64,000 bases of DNA from Negaprion brevirostris (taxonomy: Eukaryota): the NCBI GenBank assembly GCA_030324005.1, contig JARDVH010000025.1:67170687-67234686 (forward strand), in the 5' to 3' direction. The notes under the pieces were generated by a model. The model saw only the letters and a list, made by a program, of their open reading frames with translations. It was not told where the DNA came from and did no database searches. Within the stretch, counting starts at the first letter, position 1; each line of letters begins with the position of its first letter. The position numbers and the translations under genes were made by a program. Of the stretch, positions 42,781 through 55,015 are shown one piece after another.

Positions 42781-43704
42781 TACTGTAAAACATTATTTTA
42801 TTTCAAAAATTGGCAATGCCCACTGGACAAAACATTAGTTTGACTATGAAACCGGGGGCAAATACTCCATATAATCCAAAAAGGTTTGACTAGCTCTCTG
42901 TATAAATGCAGTGGTATTCTATTCATTGTTTTTATATCATGAAGCTCTTTTGATGAAACTCAGCCTTGCAATAGTTAGAGCTCTGCCATTTATAGCAGTT
43001 ACAGTGAACTGAATTGTCAGCCAGAGACTGGAGGGCCCACAGCTTGGTGCGAATGGTTGTCATGCCATCTCCTAACCATGATCCTAAACCCAAGCCATTT
43101 TGAAAGAAGCCAGGTTGAGGTTGGTTTGTCTGCCTGAGTAGCCCATTTAGATCAAATAATTAAGAGGCCTATAAGACCCTGTTCCTGCTGTTTGGGATTT
43201 CCAGTCAGCCTGTGGACAGCCCACAATGCTTGGACACATGGTGGACTCAGGAGTGCAGACACAACTGCTCATGTGAAGGACTTTCACACTTCTGTACCCA
43301 TCCCATAATAGCCACCAAACCACAGCTGTGGCTATGAGCAAGATCCTGGAGGGCGTGCCACCCAAGATCATGCCCAGGCAGCAGNNNNNNNNNNGCAGTA
43401 GCAGTTTTAAAAATCAAAAAGACTTGGCCTTCTCCTTCCCTTCATCCTCACGTTAGCAGCTCCCACCTCAGCTGGGGGGGGGTCTGCCAATCTCTGAGTG
43501 TTGGAAGACCTCTCATTCGCTCTCCAGCCTCAGGAGTGTGCTCACCATCCCTGATTGGGAGGCAAGCCCACTTAAGTGGAATGACTGTCGCATGCCATTC
43601 AAGACTTGGAACCAGTAGCCACGTTGGGTACCTGGCCCTGAGCAAGAAGGGAAAAGCATCTATTGATATCCTCCACTTAATCCCTCACCATTTACCGTAA
43701 ACTG

Positions 43705-44160
43705 GTGTGTGATCAGTGGATAAACTCAGTTAGTACTATTTTTGCCTCTGATTTGAAAAGACTACCAATTTAAGTTCCCATCTCGTACTTGACCTTGTAA
43801 CCAGGACTGAGATCCGTGCTGTGCAGTACTGAGGAAAAACAGCATTACTGTAACTGTTGTTCTTTGGATGAGAAATTAAATCAAATAGCCCGCCTGCAAT
43901 AATGATTCAGCTGAATGTTAAAACTGCTGCATCACTAGTTAAAAAGAAAACTGGAAACACTGTCTTTGAGCCCTCCATCCTGCATCAAAAACAAGGACAG
44001 ATTAACTGGTCATTCATTTAATTTCTGATGATATTATCTTGCTGAGTGACTGCCTTGTGTGTCTAAATAACATCAATGACCTCACAACAAAATTCATTCT
44101 GTGCAGTACAATGGGTACTTTTTTGTGTTGCAGGTGCTTTATAAATGTAAGTTGCTCTTG
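43705..44160 (+). mobile_element. old DeuSINE-like element (SacSINE1/AmnSINE type)
   Basis: gtgcagtactgagg...ctttggatgagaaattaaa resembles the Deu core; L2-type tail gtgctttataaatgtaagtt. Confidence 0.55.
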
Positions 44161-45095
44161 AAGTGCACTAAGGATTCGAAAGAAATAGGAATAAGATGTC
44201 ATGTGAGTGAGCACAAATTTAAGATGAACTTGAACAGGATCTGAGGGGAGTGGTTGGAAAAAAGTTAAATGGAAAGTGGTTAGAATATGGAAAAAGCTGG
44301 CACTTACGTCAGGAAATTAGCTTGTTGGAAAAGAGGAAAATGAATGGTTACATTAGAAGTGAGCATGAGAGTAGGATTAGACCAGGTGATTCGTAGAGAA
44401 GGATCCTGGCACAGGCTTTGTAAGCAAACTATGCTGTTAAGTTCTTTTTTCGAATTAGACTCAGTGCCACATGCTTAATTAAATCTCTTGACTAATGCGT
44501 GAAGATGAGCAAGTTGAACATAGGATTGCCTTGAAGAAACAACACACCAGCATGAACCAACCCCTTCAGGGGAGCAGAGGGAAGATTGACTGGACAAATA
44601 AGTAAATAAACAAATAGTGAATGGTGGATGCAAAATGAAAATGACTATAGGGATAGTTTTCCAGCTCTTCCTACCTGCGGGATCTTCTAGTCCTGCCACA
44701 GCGACTCCCGGCCACAGGTTTCATGGCAGCAGGAGGTGGAATCAATGAGAAATCCCATTGCCCATGGCGGGCAGCCTCCTACAACTGAGAACTATACCCA
44801 GGGGAAAGGTGGGGGAATGCCAAAATCCCCTCCTCCCTAACATAATCCATTATATTATATTGGAATGAACTGCAATTAGTATAAATACACAGAATTCAAA
44901 AGGTATGAATGGAAATTTATCTTAAGTGTTAGGCTCATCAGATATTCTGCTATAAACAATTGGATGCACATGGCACATCTTCATTCATAAGCACTCCAGG
45001 TAAGTATCCAGGTACTAACCTACCAGTGATGAACAGAGATTGTTTCAAATATCACAACTTGAGGAGCAGTCCACTCTACTCATCTTTCTACATAC

Positions 45096-45272
45096 CTGCA
45101 ATCTGAGATGCAGCCTGTGGACTGAAAGCAGCTGGTGCAGGATTGAGAGAAGGACGAGGACTCTGTGTTGAGGCACCCACTCTCATGGCGGTTTGCCGAA
45201 GACGTTCCAATTCACTCAGACGCTCTGAGAATAATCCAACTTTGGGCTGGTCTTCAGGCTTCTGTCTGTGTC
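45096..45272 (-). CDS. RUNX2: Runx2 internal coding exon immediately after the Runt domain (177 nt, phase 1-1)
   Basis: Manual translation (R)[58 protein letters not shown](D). Acceptor ttctcttctaaccag, donor GCAG|gtatgt. In phase with the next exon. Confidence 0.95.
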
Positions 45273-46349
45273 CTGGTTAGAAGAGAACACAATGGCAATC
45301 TGCAAAAATCCACTTATTTGTTAATATTTAGATTATACATTTTTTTTCCATTGAAAGATGAATTTATTGTAGGTTTAGTCTTGAAAGGGACAATCTCCTC
45401 ATATTGAAAAGGCCAAAGAGACAAGCCAGATTCTAACAGTTAAGAAGTATCTAAAGAAAAAGTGAGGCAAAGAGCAGGAAGGCAGAGAAAGGTAAGGCTG
45501 AACGTGGACTGTAGGAAAGGGCAAGCCTGAGAGTGGAAGTGTAGAAAAGGGAAAGGTGGGAAATGGAGGGATATGAAAGACTGAGATGGAGATCAGAATG
45601 ACAGAAGAGGGTGAGGCCAAAGGCAGAGTCCAAGAAATGGGCAAGGCCAAAAACAAAGCAGTAGATAAAAAGTATTTCATGAATGGCACCGAAGAAAAAT
45701 CACAAAGCGAGGTCACAACACCATGAGAACTGATGGGGTAGGTTATGAGTAAATATTGAATTTAATCTACCTACAAGTTAAACCAGATAAATTAGTAAAA
45801 ATGTTTGAAAATTAACTAAATTGATAAAGCATATACAAAAAAATTCTGCGCCGAATTCACATAAAAGCTGGAGTAAATCCTGCCCGCAACCCCCCTGGCC
45901 CCTCCCCATTTTGGTCCGCCCCCACCCCCCACCCCCCCGCCAGCCTCTCCCCCTTAACACAGCCTAATACCCAGTGTGAAGTGCTAAGGTGCCCCCTGGG
46001 TATTGCCATTTTGGCTGTTGGGCTGTGCTGGGGGGGCCAGGTTGGCACTGCCACTTGGCAAAATCCAGGGGACACCCCCCCATTTGCCCCTGACCCCCTC
46101 GGGGGCCTCCTTGCCCCCTTCACTGCAGCGTGGTCGGGCCACCAGCTCCCCTGTGGTGGGGAGCTGTTGTAAACTCTCGCAGGGGCAATAGAGGCTAGAA
46201 GGCCCGGGGACTTCAGTCTCGGGCTCGCTAATGATATGTAAAACCTGATTTAAATAATTTATTCAATGCTAGAATAGCGCAGCGGGCTGGGAGAATCACC
46301 CCAGTAAACTTTAATTTAATAAATAAAACAAGGGTAAATAGGGATGGCA

Positions 46350-48960
46350 ATGTGGGTGGTGTCCCTTAATTACAGCACATGGGAATTTGTGGAGAGCAAT
46401 GCAATCTTGGACAAAGACACCTGTAATAAATGTCTTCCTTTTTTTTAAGAAACCTCATCTTGGAGTTCCTTAGCTGGAGTCTGAGGTGCAGACAAGAAAG
46501 AGCAATAGGAAGTTAAAGAGTTACCTGGGCATTTTGATTCAGAATATATCTACAACCCTAAGTTTTGTTAGTGGTATAGAACTGGTTGGTGGTCAGGGAC
46601 AGCTGGTATGGCCATGACTTTAGCAGGTAAGAGGGCCCCAGGTCCAATGTTGGAGTAGCGGTAGCCTTTGCCATTATCCAACAAATACAAGGTTGTTGCT
46701 TCTGTGGATGTGGGCTAAGTCTGAAAAATGGATAAGCAAACTCACCACAGCACCACGGTACAGGAACTGATTCATTTGGGGGGAATGAAAAGGGATGTGT
46801 TGTGGTAAGATACAGTGCAGTAAGGGGGATAGATACCATTCTCTGTAGTTCCAAAGTTTTTATTGACTTCTTAGTGCCAAAATTAAGTACATTCCCTCAA
46901 GGTTTGAGAAAAACTGGATGGGAGGGGAACATCCACTTGTGGTTAGCATAGGAATCAATGACATAGATAAACTAGGAATGAGGTTCTGCTGAGGGAATTT
47001 GAGGAGCTGGGATTCAAAAATTAAAATGCAGAATCTCCCAGGTAATCTCTGGATTGTTACAAGAGCCATATGCAAATTGGCATAGTGGCAAAAGGATTTG
47101 AAGGTTAATTGCCTGGCTGAAAGAGTGGTGTGCATGTCAGGGTGTTCGTTTCATGGTGCATGAGCAACAGTTCTGGGGAAAGAGGGAGCTGTCCCATTGC
47201 AAATGGCTGCACTTGTCCTTGCAAATCAAATAACTAGGCTGGTAAGTTAGGCTTTAAACTAATGAAGTAGGGTGTGAAGAATTGAGGAATAGGTAAATTC
47301 AAAAGCAATAAGGGATAAATGAAGCTGTAGAGCAAGTTGGTGATTTAGGTAAAAATAAGTTGGGTGGGGTCAGGAATGGACAAAGAGCTTGACAAAGGGC
47401 ATGAAGTGACAGCAAAAAGTAGAAAAAGGTTGAAGCTAGAGGTACTATATCTAACTGCATTGAGTATTCACAACAAAATACATGAAGTAACAGCGCTGAT
47501 GGAAATAAACGGATTTGATCTTTTAGCCATTAGATGTAGCTGCAGAGAAATCAAGATTTGAAGTAGAAAAATGGAAGAGAAGGANNNNNNNNNNNNNNNN
47601 NNGGTGGGGGTTGTGGTCCTGATACTAAAGAATGGGGCAGTAGCGTGAAAGAATCTTAGCTCAGAAAAACAAGATCAGTTTGGGTGGAGCTCAGAAACAA
47701 GAAGCAGAAAGCATCAGTGGGGGTAATTTATAGGTCCCGTAACAGCGGTTGTAATGTTGGGCACAGTATAAATCAGGAAATTACAAGTTCATGTAACAAG
47801 GGTAATACAGTAATCACAAGGGACTTAAGACTGATATCGAATGAGCAAATCAGATTTGATGTCTTAATGTGGAGGATGAATTCATAAAATGTATATAAGA
47901 TAGTCTTCTACATCAGTAGTTGAGGAACTAAGGAACAAGCAGCTTTAGATCTTGTTTTGTCCAATGATTCATGATTAATTAATAACCACATAGTAATGGA
48001 GGCTGCAGGAGGTGGGGGGGGTGGGAAGTAATCATAATATAACAAAATTTCATGTTTGGTTTGATAGTGATTTAGTTAAGAAACTACAGTCATAAATTTG
48101 AAAAAAGCAAACTCCAGAGATATGAAGGGCTAATTAGTTGAACTCAGTTGGAAAACTATAGTTTCAAAGTTACAACAGTAAAAAATGGCAAATATTTACA
48201 GAAATAAATTCTGTTTTTGCATGAACGTATGTTCTCCTGAGGAATAAAAGCTCATGGGAAAACTAGTCCAACCACAGATATCAAGGGAAGGTAAAGAATG
48301 ATAGTTAGCACTCTGCCTGACAGCGCCAGGGACCCGGATTCGATTCCCAGCTTCAGTCGCTGTCTGTGTGGAATTTGCACATTCTCCCCATGTCTGCATT
48401 GGTTTCCTTCGGGTGCTCTGTTTTCCTCCACAGTCTGAAAGACGTGCTGGTTAGATGCATTGACCCGAACAAGTGCCGGAGTGTGGCGACTAGGGGAATT
48501 TCCAGTAACTTCATTGCAGTGTTAAATCTCACTTGTGACTAATAAATAAACTTCACTTTTACTTTTTAGCATTCAATTAAAGGAAGATGTCTATAAAGTC
48601 CTCACAAAGAATGGTAAGCCTGATGATTGTGAAGATTTTAGAATATTGTGTTGAAAATGAAAGAGAAAATAGATTATGGAGTAAACTATAGGTATGTAAA
48701 AATATTAGCAAAAAGAACCACAGATTTCTTGCATGGCAAAGGCAGGAGAATTTATAGCTGGAAAGGAAATGGAGACATGAAACAAATATCTGTTTTCATG
48801 GTTGCAAATACAAAAAAATTCCAGGAAATAATGGGGAACCAAGGAGTTAGTTAGAATGAGGAACATAAGAAAATTAGTATCAGTTGAGAAATAATATTGG
48901 AGAAATTAATGGGACTGAAAGCAGCAAATACCCTGGATCTGTTATCCTGTATCCTATTGA
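46350..48960 (+). mobile_element. highly decayed CR1 (ORF1 and endonuclease region), interrupted by a SINE
   Basis: VVSIGINDI esterase-like segment at ~46940; LYLTALSIHNKIHE, WVELRNKK..VGVIYR endonuclease-like segments; MGLKAANTLD. Confidence 0.7.
48300..48568 (+). mobile_element. tRNA-derived V-SINE, same tail as the 26206 copy
   Basis: gttagcact..cagcgccagggacccggattcgattcc; tail gtaacttcattgcagtg. Confidence 0.85.
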
Positions 48961-49452
48961 GACAAGAAGGAGCAGGCTATTTAGGATTAAATACAAGGAT
49001 GAGAATTTAAATTGAGAGAATTGAGGGACAAGGAACGTAATTGCAAAATGCAGAGAAAGTGTAATTGTTAAACAGAATTTCGTGGGACATGAGGTCAAGT
49101 CAATAAAGTTCAATGAATTGAAGTTTATAGAATGTAGAAAATGGAAGCTACACATAATGTATTGTTACTTTTGACGGGATTTTATCGCCTCACTCATTCC
49201 GAAACTGTAAAATCCTGCTTGAGGTCAATGGAGCTTCCCATTGCCCACCCCTTCCCACTCTGAGTCCTGTGGTAGGTGGAGTGGTAAAATTATGGCCATT
49301 GTGTCTGGAGATGAAAAAGACAATGAGGGTTTACGCAGCAGATTAGCTAAGGTAGGAACAGATGTGGGTTTAGTTACAGACATGAAATGGGCAACATCAC
49401 CATTCCAATAGTTTGGGCAAGGCAGGTTTTATAAAATAGAGCCAGAAGAGAA

Positions 49453-49530
49453 TTTTTTTTTTTGTTTACTTTATTCCAATCCAATCAAGTCAAATTAAAG
49501 CCAATTCAGAGTCCCAACAAGTTGGGACAT
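49453..49530 (-). mobile_element. U2-headed retroposon family copy B (3' end only, runs into gap)
   Basis: Near-identical to 51301-51363; poly(T) on + strand. Confidence 0.8.
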
Positions 49531-49924
49531 NNNNNNNNNNNNNNNNNNNNNNNNNNNNNNNNNNNNNNNNNNNNNNNNNNNNNNNNNNNNNNNNNNNNNN
49601 NNNNNNNNNNNNNNNNNNNNNNNNNNNNNNATGTATTTAATTGAAGTCCCTGGCTGTGGAATCCTCCTGGTGGAATTTAAATTCAAGGCTGTTGGATAAT
49701 TGGTGCAAGTCTCTGAAATACTAGGCCAGTAACAAAACCACTAAACCAATATTTCCTTGACTTCCTCATCTGTGGAGAACATGAGTGAGGTCAGTTTGTG
49801 TTGTGCCCCAGCTGCAACTCGACAGCCTTGGTCTTGCTGCTAAATTTGTGGAACCCATTTTCGTAGGCACCCAGTTGGCATTAGATCCCCTTGAATGTGC
49901 TGAAGAAACCCTTGCTGAAACTAA

Positions 49925-50545
49925 GGGCTGAATTTTCAGGATGGTGACTGCTGGGCGCACACCATCCTGGGAGTTGGTGGGGATAGGATCACCACCAGCC
50001 CTGACTAGCTCACTGCCATTTATACTCAACTAAGCATTGATTGGCAGCAGGACAGAAGTACAACCTTGGAGACTTGTTGGCAATCTCCAATCCCTCCAGG
50101 CACAGTGCTACAGTAGCCAGAAGATGTACCGCCACGCTGTGTCTCAATCTGAGTCCCAGTCCCGATGTCAGAAGGGTTGGAGATGTGCTGGGAAGGCGGG
50201 AGGGGGCTGATCTCAGGGAGGCCAGAGGGGAGAGGGCCAATGCTTCCAGTTCCTCTGGGGAAGGGTGCCCAAATGTGAAGGGGTCTTCACCTTGAGGTAT
50301 CCCCCACCTGCCTGAGGAGGGGATTTCTAACATTGTCAGTTTCCCACCCTGACCAATGCCTGGCAACCTAAAAATTGAGGCTGGGTAGGAATGTCTACCT
50401 GAGGTCCTGCCTGCTCCATCGTGAAATTACGTCTGGGTCAAGGTCCTGGGAGTGAATCCTGTCGGCACTATTTTACCCAACACCACCTGCACATCCCAGT
50501 CCCCCCACCCCACGCCCATCTCAGAACCTGTGTAAAAATCCAGCC
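49925..50545. mobile_element. MITE-like TIR element (PIF/Harbinger-like)
   Basis: taa-gggctgaatttt ... aaaatccagcc-taa (candidate TAA TSD, 1-nt ambiguity). Confidence 0.6.
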
Positions 50546-50600
50546 TAACAGCCCATTTGAAAAGATGATAAAGCATAGGGGAAAGAGGTGGAGGGTTTGT

Positions 50601-50897
50601 GGTGGCACGGTGGCACAGTGGTTAGCACTGCTGCCTCACAGCGCCAGGGACCAGGGTTCAATTCTGGCCTCAGGTCACTGTCTGTATGGAGTTTGCACAT
50701 TCTCCCCGTGCCTGCATGGGTTTCCTCTGGGTGCTTTGGTTTCCTCCCACAGTCCAAAAATGGGCGGGTTAGGTTGATTGGCCATGCTAAATTGACCCTA
50801 GTGTCAAGGAGATTAGCAGGGTAAATATGTGGGGTTATGCGAATCGGGCCTAGGTGGGATTGTGGTCGGTACAGACTCGGTGGGCCAAATGGCCTCT
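50601..50897 (+). mobile_element. tRNA-derived V-SINE (HE1-like)
   Basis: ggcacggtggcacagtggttagcactgctgcctcacagcgccagggaccagggttcaattc head; CR1-like tail gactcggtgggccaaatggcct. Confidence 0.9.
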
Positions 50898-51278
50898 GGA
50901 TTGAAGGTCCCTCATTCCTTGCTTTATATTTTGTCATTGGGAGATGTATGAGGGAATTAGCCCAACAATAAAAGCAGAACACTGCAGATGCTGGAGATCC
51001 GAAATAAAATTAGCCCTAGTATCTACTCCCACTGTGCAGATCTCAGCAGAAGAAGTGCTGAAGGAAAGATTTACCCACCTATACTGTTGGGAAGCTGTGT
51101 GTAGCTCAGTGAGTCCCATGAGGAGATTCTGAATCTTTTATGGTTTAACAATGTATTCATTAACTACAAACTAAAGGTATTGTTGCAGTAACATTGAGAT
51201 GACAAAAGGCTCTTCACTCACTGGGGAATGGAGTTGTTTGGGAGAGTTGTGGAAAGAAACCTAGAATAATTTACTATA

Positions 51279-51605
51279 TTTTTTTAAATTTTTTTTAAAA
51301 ACTTTATTCCAATCCAATCAAGTCAAATTAAGGCCAATTCAGAGTCCCAACAAGTTGGGACATTCCCGATCCAAGCTGACAAGACAGGGCTCTCACCTCC
51401 TGTCTTGGGCTTGATCTACATGATCCAAGCTGTTTGGAGTAGGTGTAGCTCCTCCTCCAAGGCTTGATCTAATTTGCATCTTAGCCAAAAGGCCCAGATG
51501 CCGCTTTAAAAAATTGCTTCAAATGAAGCTGAAATGTAACCGAATGACTTCAACCAAGTGCAGCATGTTGACACTACACTTGATCTGAGCCAAAAGGCCG
51601 AGAAG
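51279..51605 (-). mobile_element. U2 snRNA-headed SINE-like retroposon, copy C (most complete)
   Basis: 51605-51573 reads CTTCTCGGCCTTTTGGCTCAGATCAAGTGTAGT = U2 nt 5-37 with one mismatch; structured body; AATAAA at 51308-51303; A tail. Confidence 0.9.
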
Positions 51606-53519
51606 GGAATGCTCCAGTAAGGAGCAAGTTGTCAGCATCCATGAGCAAAATTTCCATCAAAGCCAGAATATCAGTGCTGTAATGCACAATAAGGTATGTG
51701 TAACAAAAGCCTTGTTATACAATAAATGGAAGTTCTGAAGGTGGATGTAGTGGTGATTGTTGATCCATTGATAAAAGTCAAGGGACTAGTAGTCACTGAC
51801 CCTGTTATTGAACTAAGCTACAGGAATAAAAGGCAATGCAGATAATGGAACAAGAAACGCTAAGAAGAAAACAAAGGGAAACAGAAGTAATGAGTCCCGA
51901 ACAACATGACATAAGGATAGAAGGGGATTTAGGTTTCCCTTGGCAGGGCAGTGGTAAAATATATGACATACATACTTTACAATATCCAAAATAAAATCAA
52001 AGTAGTTCAATTGTTGTTCATTATATCATATTTGCATCACGTATTAGCTATTAATGCAGCCTTTGAAATGGCTGCATTAATAACTAATATATCAATCAAG
52101 TATTTATATTTTGTTTATAACACTTTATTTATGTTTTCTTTTCTGATTATACCACATATTGGTAGGCCAAACTTTGAAGCATAGTGAATAATCATGCTTG
52201 ATTGTTGCAATGAATGAAGCAATCTATTAGGCAAGGATTACTGCTATCTCAAATGTTCTGTCCTGCTTTTACTAAAAACTTCGACATTTCATTGGGGGAA
52301 ACATAAGCTAGATTCTCTTCAATACATACGAGAACGTTTTTGGCTGAACTGGATAGATTTAATAAAATACAACACTGATTCAGTGTTCTGGGAATTTTAT
52401 AAAGCTGATCTCTGTTCATTATGTCAGCAAAACTATATTTTGAACAGTGATAGTTCAAGTGGCTGTATGACTGAGCAAATTGGAATCATCCGCTGGCATT
52501 TCCAATAACAGCTGTGGCTATCATTACTATTCACAGATTCTGAAGTAGTTTTGCATGCAAACAGAACCAGTCACGCAAATCGTTTCTTTCAGCATCCTAA
52601 TCACAGACAGTACACATACCCTGACTCTTATGAAAGCGAGAAGAAACAAAAACCAGCAATAAAAACAGCAGCCTACAGGTGCATTCGCTGTTTGATTTTT
52701 GTATAAATAAGATGGAAAGAATGAATGCAAAATAAAGCCAGCCACTTTGTATAGTTTGGGCCTGCCCATCAGGCCTGAACTAGTTGCCTTTAATGGAAGA
52801 AAAGTAAATATCTAACAATAGAGAAATAAAATGCTTGAGCTGGCTGATTGCCAATTGGCAGAAGACAAATAATTAGCTTAACCTACCAAACCCAGTTCTA
52901 TGGATACAAGAGCGAAAGGGAAGGCGTGATGGATTTTCAAGATATTTTTGAAGTTTAAAAAAAGGTCTTTGGTTAGACTAATAAACACAGAAAATTGTTC
53001 TCTGGATTTATTTTAAGAATAAACATTTTAAAAACTTACAATGGAAAGGCAGCTACTGTACTACAGCTATGCACAGAATATTTTTCCTGGTTACTGGGAA
53101 TAGAAGCCAATAGTCAAGCAATGATCACATTACACATAAAAAAAACTGAGATGAGACCTGAAAAGATTCAAAATAAATTGTTCCTACCCATTCATGTCTC
53201 CTTCACTACATCTGTAATAGTGTCAAATATTTGGCAAACAGAATTGATTTGGAATGCAGGTAATACTTCTAAACTCATGTTACATGTTCAAATTACATTT
53301 TAGTTCTACTTAAATAGCTCTGCAGATGTAAAAATATGATTGTAATAGTGATGGGAACAGCTGCAGCTGCTGTTGAAATTATGTTTAAGTTAACAGGTCT
53401 ATGTCAGCATGTTCAATGGATAATTATATGTAATATGAATGGCTCTCCCTGAAACATAAAGACAATGAAAGCTTCTTATGGAATTTATGCACAGAAGTAG
53501 ATGAAAGAAGAAATATCTG

Positions 53520-53780
53520 TGCTCCTAGGGCACTATTGTTGTGTTCAGTTCAGGTCTCCGTATTACAAAAAGGATACCAAACCATTGGAGAAAGCACTAT
53601 AAGGATAAACAAGGATGATACAGGAACTGAGCAAGTACAACTATCAGGAAAGATGAACTCCACAAAAGAGAAGACTGAGAGGAAACCTGATAGAGGTCTT
53701 TAAATTATAACATACTTGATAGGGTAGACATAAAGATGATGTTTCTACTTGTAAGATATCCAAAACTAGGGACCAACATA
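53520..53780 (+). mobile_element. CR1 3' fragment followed by AT-rich simple repeat
   Basis: tattgtgttcagttc..tctccgtattacaaaaaggat; agaagactgagaggaaacctgatagaggtctttaaa. Confidence 0.65.
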
Positions 53781-53829
53781 TATTTATGTATATTTTGTAT
53801 ATATATTAAATTTTATATATATATATATC

Positions 53830-54400
53830 AAGAGCCCCTATTTAATGCAATAAAACATTGCAAGTTGCTTCATGGGAGCATTATCAAACAAACACGACAC
53901 CAAGCCCAAATCAGGAAATATTAGGTGAGATGACCAAAATGTGGGTTAAAGAGGTAGGTTTTTAAGGATTGTCTTAAAGGAAAGTAATGTAGGGAGGTGG
54001 ACAGGCATAGGGAGGCTATTCTGGATCTAGGTGCCTAGGCAACTGAAGGTGTGGCAACCAATGTAATGGAGGGATTTGAAAACAAAGATGACTTGACTGT
54101 GAGCCATTGGAAGTCACCAAGCACCAGGAAAATAAGTGAATGGATTTAATGCAAATTAAGATAGCAGAATTTTGGATGACTTATGTTTCCAGAGGGCAGA
54201 AAGTGGCAGACCAACCAGCAGTACTTTGAAATCAAGGTAATAAAAACATGAATGAACGTTTCATCAGCAGATGAGATGAAACGGGGCAAAGTTAAGCAAT
54301 GTTATGGAGAGGAAAATGGACTGTCTTACTGAAGGTGTGACTATGTGGCCAAAAGATCACCTCAGGGTCAAATATGACACCAAGGTTGAAACAGACTGAT
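53830..54400 (-). mobile_element. L2 LINE 3' region
   Basis: FNLGVIFDPEVIFWPH on the minus strand. Confidence 0.65.
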
Positions 54401-54659
54401 TTGTGATAAGGATGAAGTGAAATTGTGAAACACACTACCACATTGAGTGGAGAAGGTGGTGGAGGAAGAAATGACATCAAAGGGAAAGCCAAATAAGTAA
54501 GTGAGAGAGAAAGGAATAGAATGACATTTGATAAGGCGAGTGATCTGGGGTGAGAGTCATGTGGAGCATAAATGGCAGCAAAGTTGAGCTGAATGGCCTG
54601 TTTCTTGGCTTAAACTCTATTTATAGTCATTTGGTAATACAGAACTTGAGTATTGCTGA

Positions 54660-55015
54660 AAAAATAGACATGGTATTGAAACTTTTCAACTCACACATCA
54701 GGACAGTTTGCAGAACAACAAGAATAAAGAGAACATCAATTTATACTGTGTGAGAAGAGAGTGCTGATTGGTTGGCAAGTGGACTCTGATTTGTAGAGGT
54801 GTTGTCAAGGAGAATAGAGCAGGGAACAGGTGACTGCCAGGGTTTAGTTTAATCCCAACTAGGGAGGTCAACTCTGATTGGTCAAGGCATTGCCATGGGG
54901 AATATACAGGAAATGGTTGTTCCCCAAGCTTTTATTACATTGAGAAAGGCACAATGCATGGACAAGCTCCTTCTGTCTGCAAAAGCCAGAGCTCTGTGTG
55001 TGAATAAATGTGACT
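54660..55015 (-). mobile_element. second copy of the hammerhead-motif repeat family
   Basis: Inverted homologue of 18235-18500. Confidence 0.55.

Noticed and set aside
45399-45716. 105-aa ORF and purine-rich tract upstream of the 45272 exon
   Set aside because: Low-complexity sequence with no protein similarity or convincing splice context.
51368-51470. CRISPR-like repeat-spacer pattern
   Set aside because: Only two units, the 'spacers' are self-complementary stems, the context is eukaryotic and there are no cas genes.
51573-51605. Functional U2 snRNA gene
   Set aside because: Only nt 5-37 are present; there is no Sm site or 3' stem-loops, and it is fused to a poly(A)-tailed repeat body.
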